DNA of 64,000 bases, taken from positions 12,719 to 76,718 of the forward strand of contig JAOAAX010000002.1 of the NCBI GenBank assembly GCA_026418675.1, in the 5' to 3' direction. The notes under the pieces are model-generated. The model was not told where the DNA came from. It saw only the letters and a list, made by a program, of their open reading frames with translations, and ran no database searches. The position numbers and the translations under genes were made by a program. The stretch is from Chthoniobacterales bacterium. Its GTDB lineage: Bacteria > Verrucomicrobiota > Verrucomicrobiia > Chthoniobacterales > DYNR01. Below, piece by piece: positions 9,308-19,691 of this stretch (position 1 is the first letter of the stretch; each line of letters begins with the position of its first letter).

Positions 9308-10281
9308 CTCTTCGTGTTGGCACTCGTAGCAGCCACCTTGCACTCGCACAAACGAAACTCTTCGTAGATAGCTTACTCTCCACCAACCGTAATCTTTCTG
9401 TAGAAACTCTTATCATCCACTCGCAGGGCGACAGACTCCTCCACCTTCCACTTGCTGAGCTTTCCAAACTCGAAAAAGGTCTTTTTACTCGCGAACTTGA
9501 GCTCGCCCTACTCTCAAAAAAAATAGATGTTGCTATCCATAGCTTAAAAGACCTGCCAATTTCAAATTCCGATTCTCCCCTCACAATTGGTGCGATCCTG
9601 CCTCGGGAGGATACTCGTGACATTCTGATCTGGAAATCCCCTCCTCCTGTTCAAGCCGGGGACTGGAAAAATTACAGGATTGGAACAAGTAGTCCCCGCC
9701 GCTCTGCTCAACTACTTGAGATGTTCCCCGGTTCCAACCCTGTTCCTATTCGGGGTAATGTTACAACTCGCCTCCAGAAATTACTTAGTGATTCAACTTA
9801 TGACGCAATTTTACTAGCGGTAGCAGGACTCAAACGCCTCAACTACATAAGTCCTACGTTAGAGTGGACAGAACTTGCCCGTGGCTTCTCTTCCTTGCAA
9901 CTGATGGTCATTGATTCTTTCTTGCCTGCACCAGCGCAAGGTGCCATAGCTGCCCAAATCCGCTCCAACGATTCAAACCTCTTACAAATTCTTCAATCAG
10001 TTCATTGCCAGAAGACTGCAGTTTGCGTTCAAGCAGAACGTGCTCTCCTTCAACTCCTCGGTGGTGGCTGTGCACAACCTATTGCCGCACTTGCTGAATT
10101 TGTCACTTCCGAAGAGATCCTCCTTCGAGCTGCGTTTTACCCCACCTCCCATCCTCCTGCTATTCATGCTCAAGCTCGAGTTCCGGCCACAACTCCTCTT
10201 TTAGCCTCGGAGATTGTGGCCCAAAAATTTCAACAGCTTTCTAGTGATAGCCGCACAATTTCCTGCGTATATAAGCTTTAG
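9304..10281 (+). CDS. hemC: Hydroxymethylbilane synthase (porphobilinogen deaminase)
   Basis: MTLRVGTRSSHLALAQT, AIHSLKDLP, RGNVTTRLQKL and GGGCAQPIAA (cofactor Cys) are present. The ATG at 9304 overlaps the hemA stop (ATGA). Confidence 0.92.
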   Translation: MTLRVGTRSSHLALAQTKLFVDSLLSTNRNLSVETLIIHSQGDRLLHLPLAELSKLEKGLFTRELELALLSKKIDVAIHSLKDLPISNSDSPLTIGAILPREDTRDILIWKSPPPVQAGDWKNYRIGTSSPRRSAQLLEMFPGSNPVPIRGNVTTRLQKLLSDSTYDAILLAVAGLKRLNYISPTLEWTELARGFSSLQLMVIDSFLPAPAQGAIAAQIRSNDSNLLQILQSVHCQKTAVCVQAERALLQLLGGGCAQPIAALAEFVTSEEILLRAAFYPTSHPPAIHAQARVPATTPLLASEIVAQKFQQLSSDSRTISCVYKL

Positions 10282-10362
10282 GTATTCTTCCCCTACCTAA
10301 AACTTCATCAATCATTCTTGACCCAATTCAAAAAAACCCAAAACTTCACTCGTCAAATTACT

Positions 10363-12102
10363 ATGAAATTTCAAGATCTTAGTTTTGCATGGAAACTAGC
10401 TATCGGCTTTGGTTCAACCTCAATTCTTACTATCTTCGTTGTCATTATCTCCGCAGTGGGTTTATCCAACGCTACGCGAAGCCTTTTAACTCTCCAGAAC
10501 GAAACTTTCCCCGAGGTTCTTTCGATCTCCGAACTTAACAATCACCTCTTCCAAATACGTGCTAATGCAATGCGTGGTGCTCTTCTCGACAATGAATTTG
10601 CCACTTCAAAAGAATACAAACAACTCCTCATTTCTTTTCAGGAACTCACTCAGCAATTCGAACAAAAACTCCAATATCTTAAGTCCCTTCTGGCCAACTC
10701 CAATAAGGTTTCTTTAACCAACCTTCTCAAGAGCTACGAAGCTTGGCAAGTTGGTTGCCAGAATATATCGCATGCCCTTTCAAAAATTGCTTCTAAAGCC
10801 GACCTACCAAAAGACCCTATTGAGCGAGCAGAGGCAATGATAGAGCTTGGGGACCTCAACCGCGAATATTACTCACTCCTTCAACGTTTTACCCCTCTTA
10901 CCGAAGAGCTCGGCCAAAACTTTCAACAACTTACTGAGCAAATCTCTAATTCCGCTAAGCAATCTATAACAAGCAGCCTTTCTTCTTCTGAAACAACGCT
11001 TCGCTGGGTCATCGCAGTGGGTATCCTTGCAATTCTTTTGTCCATCTTAATTGCCTTCATTGTTTCCTCGCTACTCAATTCCACGATTCAACGCCTCGTT
11101 ACAGTTGTGAATGCTGTCGCAAATCTCGAACTCACTTCTACAAGTGGGATTAAGCAAAAAGACGAACTCGGCCAACTTGCTCAAGCTATAGACTCTATGT
11201 CAACCCAACTACGCAGTTTCGTCGAAGAACTCCGTCAAACTTCCGATGCTCTCAATAATTCTAGTAAACAGCTCTTCTCAACCTCTGATCAATTGGCAAC
11301 GAGTTCAAGCGAGATGTCTGTTCATGTTGACTCTGTCTCTGCTGCTGGCCAACAGCTTTCTGCAACCATGCAACAAATGGCCGAACGTTCCAACGATATT
11401 AGCAATTCCACTACCGCTGTTGCTTCTGCTGTTGAAGAACTTCACGCTACCATTTCCGAAGTTACCAAAAACTGTGCCCAAGAGAATCGAATTGCTTCCC
11501 AGGCGAAAACAGAAGCTCTTGCAGCGAGAGAACGCATCGCGGAATTGCGTCGAAGTGCTGATCAGGTAAACAAAGTTCTTGAACTCATCCAAAACATTGC
11601 TTCTCAAACCAAGCTCCTGGCGCTCAATGCTACTATTGAGGCGGCAAGTGCAGGTGAAGCCGGGCGTGGTTTTACTGTGGTTGCCAACGAAGTCAAAGAA
11701 CTTGCACGCCAAACTGCCGAAGCTACCGACCGCATTTCTTCTCAAGTTGCTGAGATACGTGCCGCTGCAACTTCCTCCATCGAAGCTATCGAAAAAATGG
11801 GCAGCATCATCCATGAAGTCAGCAGCATTTCTAACACTATCGCCGCTGCTGTCGAAGAACAGAGCGCTACGACAAATGAAATTGCAAAAAATATCTCCAC
11901 AATTTCCAATTCGACTCAAGAACTCGCCCGTGGCATAGCCCAGTCTGCAATTGGTGCTTCTTCTGTTTCCAAAAGTGTTTTTACCATTAACCAACGTTCT
12001 AATAACGTAGCGGAGAATGCTGCTAATACAAAAGCCAATGCCAATCAGTTACTCTTAACAGCTGAGCGCATCCGTGCGATTGTAAGTCGCTTCAAAATTT
12101 AG
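10363..12102 (+). CDS. Methyl-accepting chemotaxis protein (two TM helices, periplasmic helical sensor, HAMP, signalling domain)
   Basis: The highly conserved hairpin tip is [34 protein letters not shown]1 spans residues ~10-35 and TM2 is [22 protein letters not shown], followed by a HAMP-like segment. Confidence 0.9.
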   Translation: MKFQDLSFAWKLAIGFGSTSILTIFVVIISAVGLSNATRSLLTLQNETFPEVLSISELNNHLFQIRANAMRGALLDNEFATSKEYKQLLISFQELTQQFEQKLQYLKSLLANSNKVSLTNLLKSYEAWQVGCQNISHALSKIASKADLPKDPIERAEAMIELGDLNREYYSLLQRFTPLTEELGQNFQQLTEQISNSAKQSITSSLSSSETTLRWVIAVGILAILLSILIAFIVSSLLNSTIQRLVTVVNAVANLELTSTSGIKQKDELGQLAQAIDSMSTQLRSFVEELRQTSDALNNSSKQLFSTSDQLATSSSEMSVHVDSVSAAGQQLSATMQQMAERSNDISNSTTAVASAVEELHATISEVTKNCAQENRIASQAKTEALAARERIAELRRSADQVNKVLELIQNIASQTKLLALNATIEAASAGEAGRGFTVVANEVKELARQTAEATDRISSQVAEIRAAATSSIEAIEKMGSIIHEVSSISNTIAAAVEEQSATTNEIAKNISTISNSTQELARGIAQSAIGASSVSKSVFTINQRSNNVAENAANTKANANQLLLTAERIRAIVSRFKI

Positions 12103-12311
12103 TTATCACGAAAAACAAACTCTCACTTGCTCCCCCTCGTATTTTCAAAAAAGTTTTCCCTTGCGACCTTTTCACTGCTGGGTTTCACTGTTTTCGCCTA
12201 TACATCTCTCCCCTTAGCATCGAACACACTAAACTCAACCTCTGATTGTGCAAGCAGGAGTCCCTTTTCCAAACCATAAACTCCAAAATCCTAGTCACTA
12301 GCCCATCACAA

Positions 12312-13493
12312 ATGACAAACACAGGCAACCTTACTTCGCAACCCCAACAACAGCCCCCATCCCCACCTCATGCACCATCTCGCTCCATTGCACCCAGCAA
12401 AAACTATGCTCAAGACCCCGTCAACCAATCCTTAACTAACGACCAAAAAGTCGAATTTCTTTCTCAAATGTATCGAATCCGCCGCTTCGAGCAAGCTGCT
12501 CTCCGCTACTACAACCAGGGAAAAATGGGCGGATTCCTTCACCTCTACATTGGCCAAGAATCTATTGCCGTCGCAACTGTTTCAGTCCTCACGGAAAACG
12601 ACCATATCATTACTGCCTACCGCGACCATGGACACGCCTTAGCTGTAGGAATGACCATGAACGAATGCATGGCCGAGCTTTTCGGTAAACGAACTGGTTG
12701 CTCTAAAGGCAAGGGGGGCTCCATGCATTTTTTTGCGCCCGATAAGCGCTTTTGGGGAGGGCATGGTATTGTAGCAGGCCAAACTCCACTTGGACTTGGC
12801 ATTGCCTTTGCTCTCAAATACCGTGGCATCCGTGGAGCTTGTTTCACTTTCCTTGGTGACGGCGCTGTAAACCAAGGCGTTTTTAGCGAATCCCTTAACC
12901 TCGCAAGCCTTTGGAACATCCCTGTTATTTTCGTCATCGAGAACAACCTTTATTCCATGGGAACAAGTCTGCGCCGTTCTTCAGCTATTCGTTCCTGCTT
13001 GGCTCAGCGTGCAGAAGGCTTCAATATGCCTTGGGATACTGTTGATGGCGCTAATTTCTATGAAGTCCGATCCAAACTCGCCGCTGCCCTTTCTCGAGCT
13101 CATGAAGAGTCACGACCAACACTCCTCGAAATATTCACTTACCGCCATTACGGTCACTCCGTCGCAGACGCCAACGCCAAAAAATATCGTTCTGAAGAAG
13201 AAATCGAACTTTACAAACAATACCACGACCCCATTCGGCACTGGCAAAATACTCTCTTAGAGGAAGGTGTCATAACAGCTGAAGATGCAGAAGAAATTGA
13301 CCGCGCCGCCAAACAGGAAGCCGCCGATTCTGCTGCTTTTGCAGAAGCCAGCGATTATCCTTCCCTCGACGAGCTCTTCGATGATGTTTACTGGGAAATT
13401 GACAACAAAACTCCAACATCCAAATATGGCCGCTACTTTTTTGGCGATGATGTTCCCCAACGCTTCCTAAATCAGGATCACAATGTCTCATAA
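12312..13493 (+). CDS. pdhA: Pyruvate/2-oxoacid dehydrogenase E1 component alpha subunit
   Basis: YRDHGH, GKGGSMH and the TPP-binding GDGAVNQG motif are present. The N-terminal ~55 aa are Gln/Pro-rich, so the start (ATG 12312 vs TTG 12246) is uncertain. Confidence 0.88.
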   Translation: MTNTGNLTSQPQQQPPSPPHAPSRSIAPSKNYAQDPVNQSLTNDQKVEFLSQMYRIRRFEQAALRYYNQGKMGGFLHLYIGQESIAVATVSVLTENDHIITAYRDHGHALAVGMTMNECMAELFGKRTGCSKGKGGSMHFFAPDKRFWGGHGIVAGQTPLGLGIAFALKYRGIRGACFTFLGDGAVNQGVFSESLNLASLWNIPVIFVIENNLYSMGTSLRRSSAIRSCLAQRAEGFNMPWDTVDGANFYEVRSKLAAALSRAHEESRPTLLEIFTYRHYGHSVADANAKKYRSEEEIELYKQYHDPIRHWQNTLLEEGVITAEDAEEIDRAAKQEAADSAAFAEASDYPSLDELFDDVYWEIDNKTPTSKYGRYFFGDDVPQRFLNQDHNVS

Positions 13494-13566
13494 AACAGAG
13501 AAGAGTTTTTATTTCAAAAATCTCAAACACTTCTAAATCAACAATCCTTCCTGAGCATTCCTGCCT

Positions 13567-14541
13567 ATGCCTCAAATTACTTACCGCAAAGCCCTGAATG
13601 ACGCTTTTGTCGAGGAAATCCTTCGCGATGAAAATGTCATCATTATGGGTGAGGAAGTTGCTGAGTATAATGGTGCTTACAAAGTAACGGAGGGCCTCTG
13701 GAAACGCTTTGGTGACCGTAGAATTATAGATACACCTATTAGCGAAGCCGCCTTCGTTGGCCTTGGCGTAGGTGCTGCTATGATGGGGTTGCGCCCCGTT
13801 ATCGAAATGATGTTCTGGAGTTTTATCTTTGTAGCCTACGATCAACTCGTTAACAACGCAGGCTTTATCCGTTACATGTCCGGTGGCCTTATCAACATCC
13901 CGATGGTCGTTCGTGGACCAGCCAACGGAGGGACCAACGTCGGTGCCACACACTCCCATACACCAGAAAACATGCTTGCTAACATTCCAGGCCTCAAAGT
14001 CGTCTGCCCCGCTACTGCTTACGACGCCAAAGGCCTAATGAAAACTGCTATTCGTGATAACGACACTGTTTGCGTTATGGAAAATACACTCCTCTACAAC
14101 GAAAAATGGGAGGTTCCCGAAGAGGAATATACTATACCTCTCGGCGTAGCAGACATAAAACGCGAAGGCACGGACATCTCTTTCATCGCCTTCGGCCGTG
14201 CTGTCCTCACGTGCCTTAAAGCAGCAGAAATCCTTCAGCAGAAACACGGTATCAATGCCGAAGTTTTAGATCTACGTTCCATACGTCCACTTGACGAAGA
14301 TTCCATCCTCCGAACTGTTTCCAAAACCCACCGCGCCGTTGTAGTGGAAGAGAACAAACCCTTCTGCGGTATCGGTGCTCAAATCGCTGCTACAATTCAG
14401 GAAAAAGCTTTCGACGAGCTTGATGCTCCTGTCCTTCGAGTCTCTGCTCTCGATGCTCCAGCAATCTACAGCCCACCTATTGAAAAACTTCAACTCCCAA
14501 CACCCGAACGCGTCATTAAACGCGCTCTCGAAATCCTTTAA
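13567..14541 (+). CDS. pdhB: Pyruvate/2-oxoacid dehydrogenase E1 component beta subunit
   Basis: MGEEVAEYNGAYKVT, DTPISEAAFVG and the transketolase C-terminal domain are present. Confidence 0.92.
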   Translation: MPQITYRKALNDAFVEEILRDENVIIMGEEVAEYNGAYKVTEGLWKRFGDRRIIDTPISEAAFVGLGVGAAMMGLRPVIEMMFWSFIFVAYDQLVNNAGFIRYMSGGLINIPMVVRGPANGGTNVGATHSHTPENMLANIPGLKVVCPATAYDAKGLMKTAIRDNDTVCVMENTLLYNEKWEVPEEEYTIPLGVADIKREGTDISFIAFGRAVLTCLKAAEILQQKHGINAEVLDLRSIRPLDEDSILRTVSKTHRAVVVEENKPFCGIGAQIAATIQEKAFDELDAPVLRVSALDAPAIYSPPIEKLQLPTPERVIKRALEIL

Positions 14542-14582
14542 GCCTCAAAAACAAGTTCAAACTCAATAACACATTTAAGGAT

Positions 14583-15878
14583 ATGCCAGTCTATATTGAA
14601 ATGCCAAAACTGAGCGACACCATGACCGAGGGCACCCTCGTTCGGTGGCACATCAAAATCGGCGATAAGGTCCAGATTGGACAAATCATCGCAGATGTTG
14701 AAACCGACAAGGCAACTATGGAAATGGAGGCTTTTGAGGAAGGTATTGTTTATCAATTCCTAATCGCAGAGGGTTCCAAAGTAAAAATTGGCGAAAAATT
14801 AGCTGTCCTTCTTGAGGAAGGAGAAGCTCCTCCTTCCGGCGGCGATGCTTCTCCCGCAGCACTTCAGGCTGCAGCCCGTAAAGCTTCCACTCAGCCTTCG
14901 CAATCGTCTCAAACTCCAATTTCATCTTCCCAAACAATCCCACAACAATCACCAGACTCCCAGCCTAAAAACACTTCAGCTAGAGTAAAAGCCTCCCCAT
15001 TAGCCCGCAAAATTGCTGCAGCAAAAGGAATAGATCTCTCCACTGTTCAAGGAACCGGCCCCGGAGGCAGAATCTTAGCCACCGATATCGAAGCTGCAGC
15101 AGAAAAGTTAACCACTCTGCCACCAGTATCTGCTTCCTCAGCTCCACTAACCCCTTCTCTTATCAGACCAGACTCCGCTGCGGGCGAAGGAAAATCTATT
15201 CCTTTAACCGGAATGCGTCGAGTTATTGCTGAGCGGCTCCTCGCAAGCAAAACACAAATCCCACACTTCTACCTCCATGCTGAAATAGATGCCTCCCCGA
15301 TTAGTAAACTCCGTCGCCAGCTCAACCAAATCGCTGAAAACTCCGACGGTAGCAAAGTTACCATCAACGATTTTATCCTTCTTGCCACCGCGCGTGCTGC
15401 AGCCGCTAATCCCAAAGTCAATGCAAGTTTCACAAACGAAGCCATTATCCAATATTCTGAAGTTAATCTTGCAGTAGCTGTGGCAATTGAAGAGGGACTC
15501 GTTACACCTGTTATTCGTTCTGCCCAGAAACTTACTCTCCGGCAAATCAGCGACGCAGTGAAGGACCTTGCTAGCCGTGCCCGCTCCAAAAAGCTCAAAC
15601 CCGAGGAATATCAGGGCGGAACTATCACTGTTTCCAACCTTGGCGCTTATGGAGTCGAACGTTTCGAAGCCATAATCAATCCTCCACAAGCCGTTATTGT
15701 TGCTGTTGGTGCTATCGTCAAAAAGCCCGTAGTCAACGAGAACGATGAAATTGTCCCAGGCGAAAGAATGTCCATTTCCCTAAGTTGTGACCACCGTGTC
15801 ATCGACGGAGCTATCGGGGCTGAATTCCTTTCCACTCTTCGCCGGCTCCTAGAAAATCCGGCACTAATGCTCTTCTAG
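14583..15878 (+). CDS. pdhC: Dihydrolipoamide acetyltransferase (E2)
   Basis: There is a single lipoyl domain (VETDKATMEMEA), a Pro/Ser/Gln linker, an E3-binding domain (ASPLARKIAAAKGIDL..GTGPGGRI) and a catalytic DHRVIDGA motif. Confidence 0.92.
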   Translation: MPVYIEMPKLSDTMTEGTLVRWHIKIGDKVQIGQIIADVETDKATMEMEAFEEGIVYQFLIAEGSKVKIGEKLAVLLEEGEAPPSGGDASPAALQAAARKASTQPSQSSQTPISSSQTIPQQSPDSQPKNTSARVKASPLARKIAAAKGIDLSTVQGTGPGGRILATDIEAAAEKLTTLPPVSASSAPLTPSLIRPDSAAGEGKSIPLTGMRRVIAERLLASKTQIPHFYLHAEIDASPISKLRRQLNQIAENSDGSKVTINDFILLATARAAAANPKVNASFTNEAIIQYSEVNLAVAVAIEEGLVTPVIRSAQKLTLRQISDAVKDLASRARSKKLKPEEYQGGTITVSNLGAYGVERFEAIINPPQAVIVAVGAIVKKPVVNENDEIVPGERMSISLSCDHRVIDGAIGAEFLSTLRRLLENPALMLF

Positions 15879-15960
15879 TAACTTGAATTCCTAAAGGGAG
15901 CCCTCTATCCCATCTTTCCGCTCAAAACGTTGGCATAAATCCTGTTTCTTAAACTTTACC

Positions 15961-16422
15961 ATGCCAGAAAACCTGCGCATCGAACCAGCTACCATTGAAG
16001 ACTTGCCTGTCCTCACTGAAATGCTTTACGAGCTTTTCTCCGTAGAACGCGACTTTATTCCGAACCGCGAAAAGCACATGCGAGGTCTTAAACTCATCCT
16101 CGAACAACCACAGCGAGGCAGAATTTTTGTCCTTCGCAACGAATCCCACATAATCGGCATGATCAATCTCCTCATTACCATAAGCACCGCTGAAGGGGGA
16201 TTTGTCCTCATTCTTGAAGACCTCGTTATCCGTGCTGACCACCGAGGCCAAGGCTACGGATCACGTCTCCTCCGATTTGCTGAAGAATACGCCCGCCAAA
16301 AGGGGTTCCTCCGAATTACTCTCCTCACCGATAAACCCAACGAACGCAATATTGAATTCTTCAAGCGTAACGGATATGTCGAAAGCGACATGATCCCCAT
16401 GCGCAAATACTTCCGTGATTAG
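15961..16422 (+). CDS. GNAT-family N-acetyltransferase
   Basis: The acetyl-CoA-binding motif is RGQGYGSRLLRFAEEYARQKG. The protein is 153 aa. Confidence 0.8.
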   Translation: MPENLRIEPATIEDLPVLTEMLYELFSVERDFIPNREKHMRGLKLILEQPQRGRIFVLRNESHIIGMINLLITISTAEGGFVLILEDLVIRADHRGQGYGSRLLRFAEEYARQKGFLRITLLTDKPNERNIEFFKRNGYVESDMIPMRKYFRD

Positions 16423-17158
16423 TCCCACGGAACACCAACCGCCCACTCCCTTACCCAACGACCGCGAGCGCTTCCTCGTCCTCGAGCATTCTTTGCCAGA
16501 CCTTTCTCGTGCTTCCCGATGCGGACGCCCAGAAGCCATTTTTTGTCCCGGAAAAAAAATCGAGCAGATCATCCAAATTGCTCAATCTCTCTACTGCGAA
16601 AATGGTTATTGCCTCTGCACTCGACTCGATCCTGATTCTGCCAAACAAATTCTTCCTCATTTCTCAAATTCTCTCTACAACTCCTCTGCTCGCCTTCTCC
16701 TCATTGGCACACCACCTCAGCCATTGGCGAAACTTAAAGTCGGTGTGGTTTCTGCCGGCACAGCTGACCAAGCAGTTGCCGATGAGGCAGCTGCAATCCT
16801 TAACTTCTACGGATGGGAGGTCATTAGATTCGCTGACATTGGGATTGCAGGCATCCATCGCCTTATCGCTTCACTCGATCTGCTCCGCTCCTGTGATACA
16901 CTCGTCGTAGTCGCGGGGATGGAGGGGGCATTACCAGCCGCTGTTCTAGGCCTCGTCCATGTTCCGGTAATCGCCGTTCCCACAAGCATTGGTTACGGCG
17001 CTCATTTTGGGGGATTAGCTCCACTCCTGACGATGCTCAATAGCTGCGCTGCGGGCCTCGTAGTTGTCAACATTGACAACGGTTTTGGTGCCGCCGCAGC
17101 TGCAGACTCAATCCTTCGCCTTGTTGCTTCCAAAACCCAGCACCCTTGCAATGGCTGA
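16415..17158 (+). CDS. larB: LarB-like (PurE/AIR-carboxylase-related) nickel-pincer cofactor biosynthesis protein
   Basis: The PurE-like core is KVGVVSAGTAD...VVAGMEGALP..VIAVPTS.GYG...LNSCA. The N-terminal R..GRPEAIFCPGK is typical of the LarB family. The GTG start overlaps the GNAT stop by 8 nt. Confidence 0.7.
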   Translation: MISPTEHQPPTPLPNDRERFLVLEHSLPDLSRASRCGRPEAIFCPGKKIEQIIQIAQSLYCENGYCLCTRLDPDSAKQILPHFSNSLYNSSARLLLIGTPPQPLAKLKVGVVSAGTADQAVADEAAAILNFYGWEVIRFADIGIAGIHRLIASLDLLRSCDTLVVVAGMEGALPAAVLGLVHVPVIAVPTSIGYGAHFGGLAPLLTMLNSCAAGLVVVNIDNGFGAAAAADSILRLVASKTQHPCNG

Positions 17159-18029
17159 TACACACAAAAATTCAATTAAAGTCAAAGTTCCAGCTTCGAC
17201 CTCTAACCTCGGACCGGGATTTGATTGCCTGGGTTTAGCTTTGCAAATCTATAACATCGTCGAAACGCATTTCGTCGATTCTAACGCTGATTCTACAAGA
17301 GACCCTTTCCTCCTCAATGCAGCAAATTCTCTCTTCCAAGCACTGGGCATTCCCAATCGCCCATTCTTTTGCAAAATTTACGGTGAAATTCCTCCTTCGC
17401 GTGGCTTAGGTAGCAGTGTCTCCGTCCGTTTAGGACTTCTTCTAGGTCTCAACAGGCTTCTCGCCAGCGATAATCAGCCCTATTTATCCAGAAATCAAAT
17501 TTATCAGATCGCAGTTAAACTTGAAGGGCACCCCGACAATGCTGCTCCAGCTACCTATGGTGGCTTCACTCTCTGTCTTCCTGATGGTCGTTTCCTCCGC
17601 TTTCCCGTCAGTGCGGAGCTGCAAATCGCTCTTGCTATTCCCGAAGTAAAAACTTCCACAGAAGAGGCACGGCAAGTTATTCCTCCTTCGTTTTCGCGCT
17701 CAGATGCTATAGCAAACCTCGCCTTTTCTTCTGCAATCGCAGCAGCTTTTGCTTCTGGTCGTTACGAATTACTTGCAGACCTCTTCCACGACCGATTTCA
17801 CCAGCCATTCCGCAAAAAATTTAACCCTCAACTCGATGTTGCTATCGAAGCGGGCATTGCTGCTGGTGCTTTAGGAGGATGGCTAAGCGGATCGGGTTCA
17901 ACTATTGCTTGCGCAACTCTCTCCAATGGAGCAAAAGTAGCCGAAGCAATGGCCAAAGCTATTGGCAATAACTGCAAAGCGTTAGTAACTCATGCCGACA
18001 ACGTTGGCGCTACCATACTCGGCAGCTAG
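17151..18029 (+). CDS. thrB: Homoserine kinase
   Basis: VPASTSNLGPGFDCLG and the GHMP motif PPSRGLGSSVS are present. The ATG at 17151 overlaps the larB stop by 8 nt. Confidence 0.9.
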   Translation: MADTHKNSIKVKVPASTSNLGPGFDCLGLALQIYNIVETHFVDSNADSTRDPFLLNAANSLFQALGIPNRPFFCKIYGEIPPSRGLGSSVSVRLGLLLGLNRLLASDNQPYLSRNQIYQIAVKLEGHPDNAAPATYGGFTLCLPDGRFLRFPVSAELQIALAIPEVKTSTEEARQVIPPSFSRSDAIANLAFSSAIAAAFASGRYELLADLFHDRFHQPFRKKFNPQLDVAIEAGIAAGALGGWLSGSGSTIACATLSNGAKVAEAMAKAIGNNCKALVTHADNVGATILGS

Positions 18030-18056
18030 CGAAGTCCAACCACTTATTTACTGACC

Positions 18057-19259
18057 ATGCGGCGATTGCTGGAAAAACTGGAGCAATTCGCCATTGACGT
18101 CATCCTTGAACGCCGTTCTGGGAAACGAGCTGGTATTCTCCGTGCCATCCTGCGCATTCTCTCTCTTTTTTATGCTCTTCTCGTCCAATTTAGATTGTGG
18201 CTTTTTGAAAATTCTTATCTCCGCTCCTTTGCCCCTGGTTGTCCCGTAATTAGCGTCGGAAACCTTACCGTTGGCGGAACTGGTAAAACCCCCGTTGTTG
18301 AAATGATCGCCCGCCAGCTTGCCCAAGGTGGCCGCAAGGTAGCAATTCTTAGCCGCGGCTATAAAAGCGTTCCACGACCTCTCTTTGGAAGAATTATAGA
18401 TAAACTAGTAAAAAATAAAGACCCATTTGCTCCCCGTGTTGTATCAGACGGCCAAACGCTTCTCTTAGATTCTAAAACCGCTGGGGATGAACCTTTTATG
18501 CTTGCTAATAACCTCAAAGGTGTCGTTGTTATCGTTGACCGCGCCCGCGCAAAAGCTTCTTCTTTCGCTACGAAACATTTTGGAGTTGATGTTATTATAT
18601 TGGATGATGGTCTCCAATATTTACGACTTAAGCGAAAAATCAACCTAGTGCTTGTAGATTCCCAGGCGCCATTTGGAAATGGTTATCTTCTTCCTCGTGG
18701 AATGCTGAGAGAGCCTCCGGCAAACCTTGCAAGAGCTACTCACGTCTTACTGACCAAGTGTCAAGAACCCAACAATCATCATCTTATTTCCCTCATCCGT
18801 CGGTTCAACCCAACTGCTGAGATAATCGAATGCGCGCATCGGCCCCGCGAGGCACGAAATATCCTTACTGGCGAACGCCTCTCATTGGAAGCTTTACAAG
18901 GAATGCGTGCTGGAGCAATTTCCGGAATCGCTGTTCCCGAAAGCTTTGAATCCGCCTTAAACAATCTTGGGGTAGAACTTATCTTGACCGAACAATATGC
19001 CGACCATCATCGTTTCAATCGTGATGAAATCGAGTCCTTTGTCCGTAAATGCTCTAGAAAAAAACTCGACGGAGTTTTTACCACCGAGAAAGACGCCGTT
19101 AGATTTCCGAGAATTTTAGATCCTCTTGTCCCAATTTTTTGCTTGCGAGTGGAGATCGAAATTCTTACTGGCCATGAAGCCTGGCAAAGTCTATTGAATC
19201 TTTTCCTCAATAAACGCCATTTCATAGCTCCTGCTGTTAACTATGGGGAATTTGAGTGA
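18057..19259 (+). CDS. lpxK: Tetraacyldisaccharide 4'-kinase
   Basis: [18 protein letters not shown] is a P-loop, and ILSRGY and ILDDGLQ are also present. Confidence 0.9.
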   Translation: MRRLLEKLEQFAIDVILERRSGKRAGILRAILRILSLFYALLVQFRLWLFENSYLRSFAPGCPVISVGNLTVGGTGKTPVVEMIARQLAQGGRKVAILSRGYKSVPRPLFGRIIDKLVKNKDPFAPRVVSDGQTLLLDSKTAGDEPFMLANNLKGVVVIVDRARAKASSFATKHFGVDVIILDDGLQYLRLKRKINLVLVDSQAPFGNGYLLPRGMLREPPANLARATHVLLTKCQEPNNHHLISLIRRFNPTAEIIECAHRPREARNILTGERLSLEALQGMRAGAISGIAVPESFESALNNLGVELILTEQYADHHRFNRDEIESFVRKCSRKKLDGVFTTEKDAVRFPRILDPLVPIFCLRVEIEILTGHEAWQSLLNLFLNKRHFIAPAVNYGEFE

Positions 19260-19317
19260 GTTTTTGGCTACAAACTTATCTTTTATGTGTAGTTTTGCTA
19301 TGAATACTTTAAAAGTA

Positions 19318-19593
19318 TTACAATGATTCTTTAAATGCTTTCCCTGGGACAAAGCGAACTGTTTTACTAGCTTTTATTTTTATAGCTTCTCCCGTTGCAG
19401 GGTTTACTCCTTTTCGCGCTTTTCGGTTAACAACCTTAAACGTCCCAAATCCAATTAATTGGAGTTGCTTATTCTTTTTTACTCCGTTCTTAATCTCCTC
19501 TAGAATTGTTGCCAAGATTTTTTCAATTTCTGTTTTGCGGTAACTATCGCCAAGTGCTTTTAGCACGGCTTCCACGAGCTCTGCTTTATTCAT
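19318..19593 (-). CDS. hup: HU/IHF-family DNA-binding protein
   Basis: The sequence is MNKAELVEAV...GFGTFKVVNRKARKGVNPATGEAIKIKASKTVRFVPGKAFKE. The ATG at 19593 gives 91 aa; the longer ORF to 19716 is unlikely. Confidence 0.9.
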   Translation of the reverse strand: MNKAELVEAVLKALGDSYRKTEIEKILATILEEIKNGVKKNKQLQLIGFGTFKVVNRKARKGVNPATGEAIKIKASKTVRFVPGKAFKESL

Positions 19594-19691
19594 AGGTTTT
19601 CCGGATGGGTTGGGGCGGGTCTGGATTAACTCTGCTTTGATCTTACAAAACAATTTGTAAGTCAATGCTTTTCTGCTAGCAAAATCCAATT

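Noticed and set aside
10363-12102. The MCP as part of one chemotaxis operon with cheR-cheB.
   Set aside because: It lies 24 kb away, between hemC and pdhA, with many unrelated genes in between. There is no cheA, cheW or cheY in the window.
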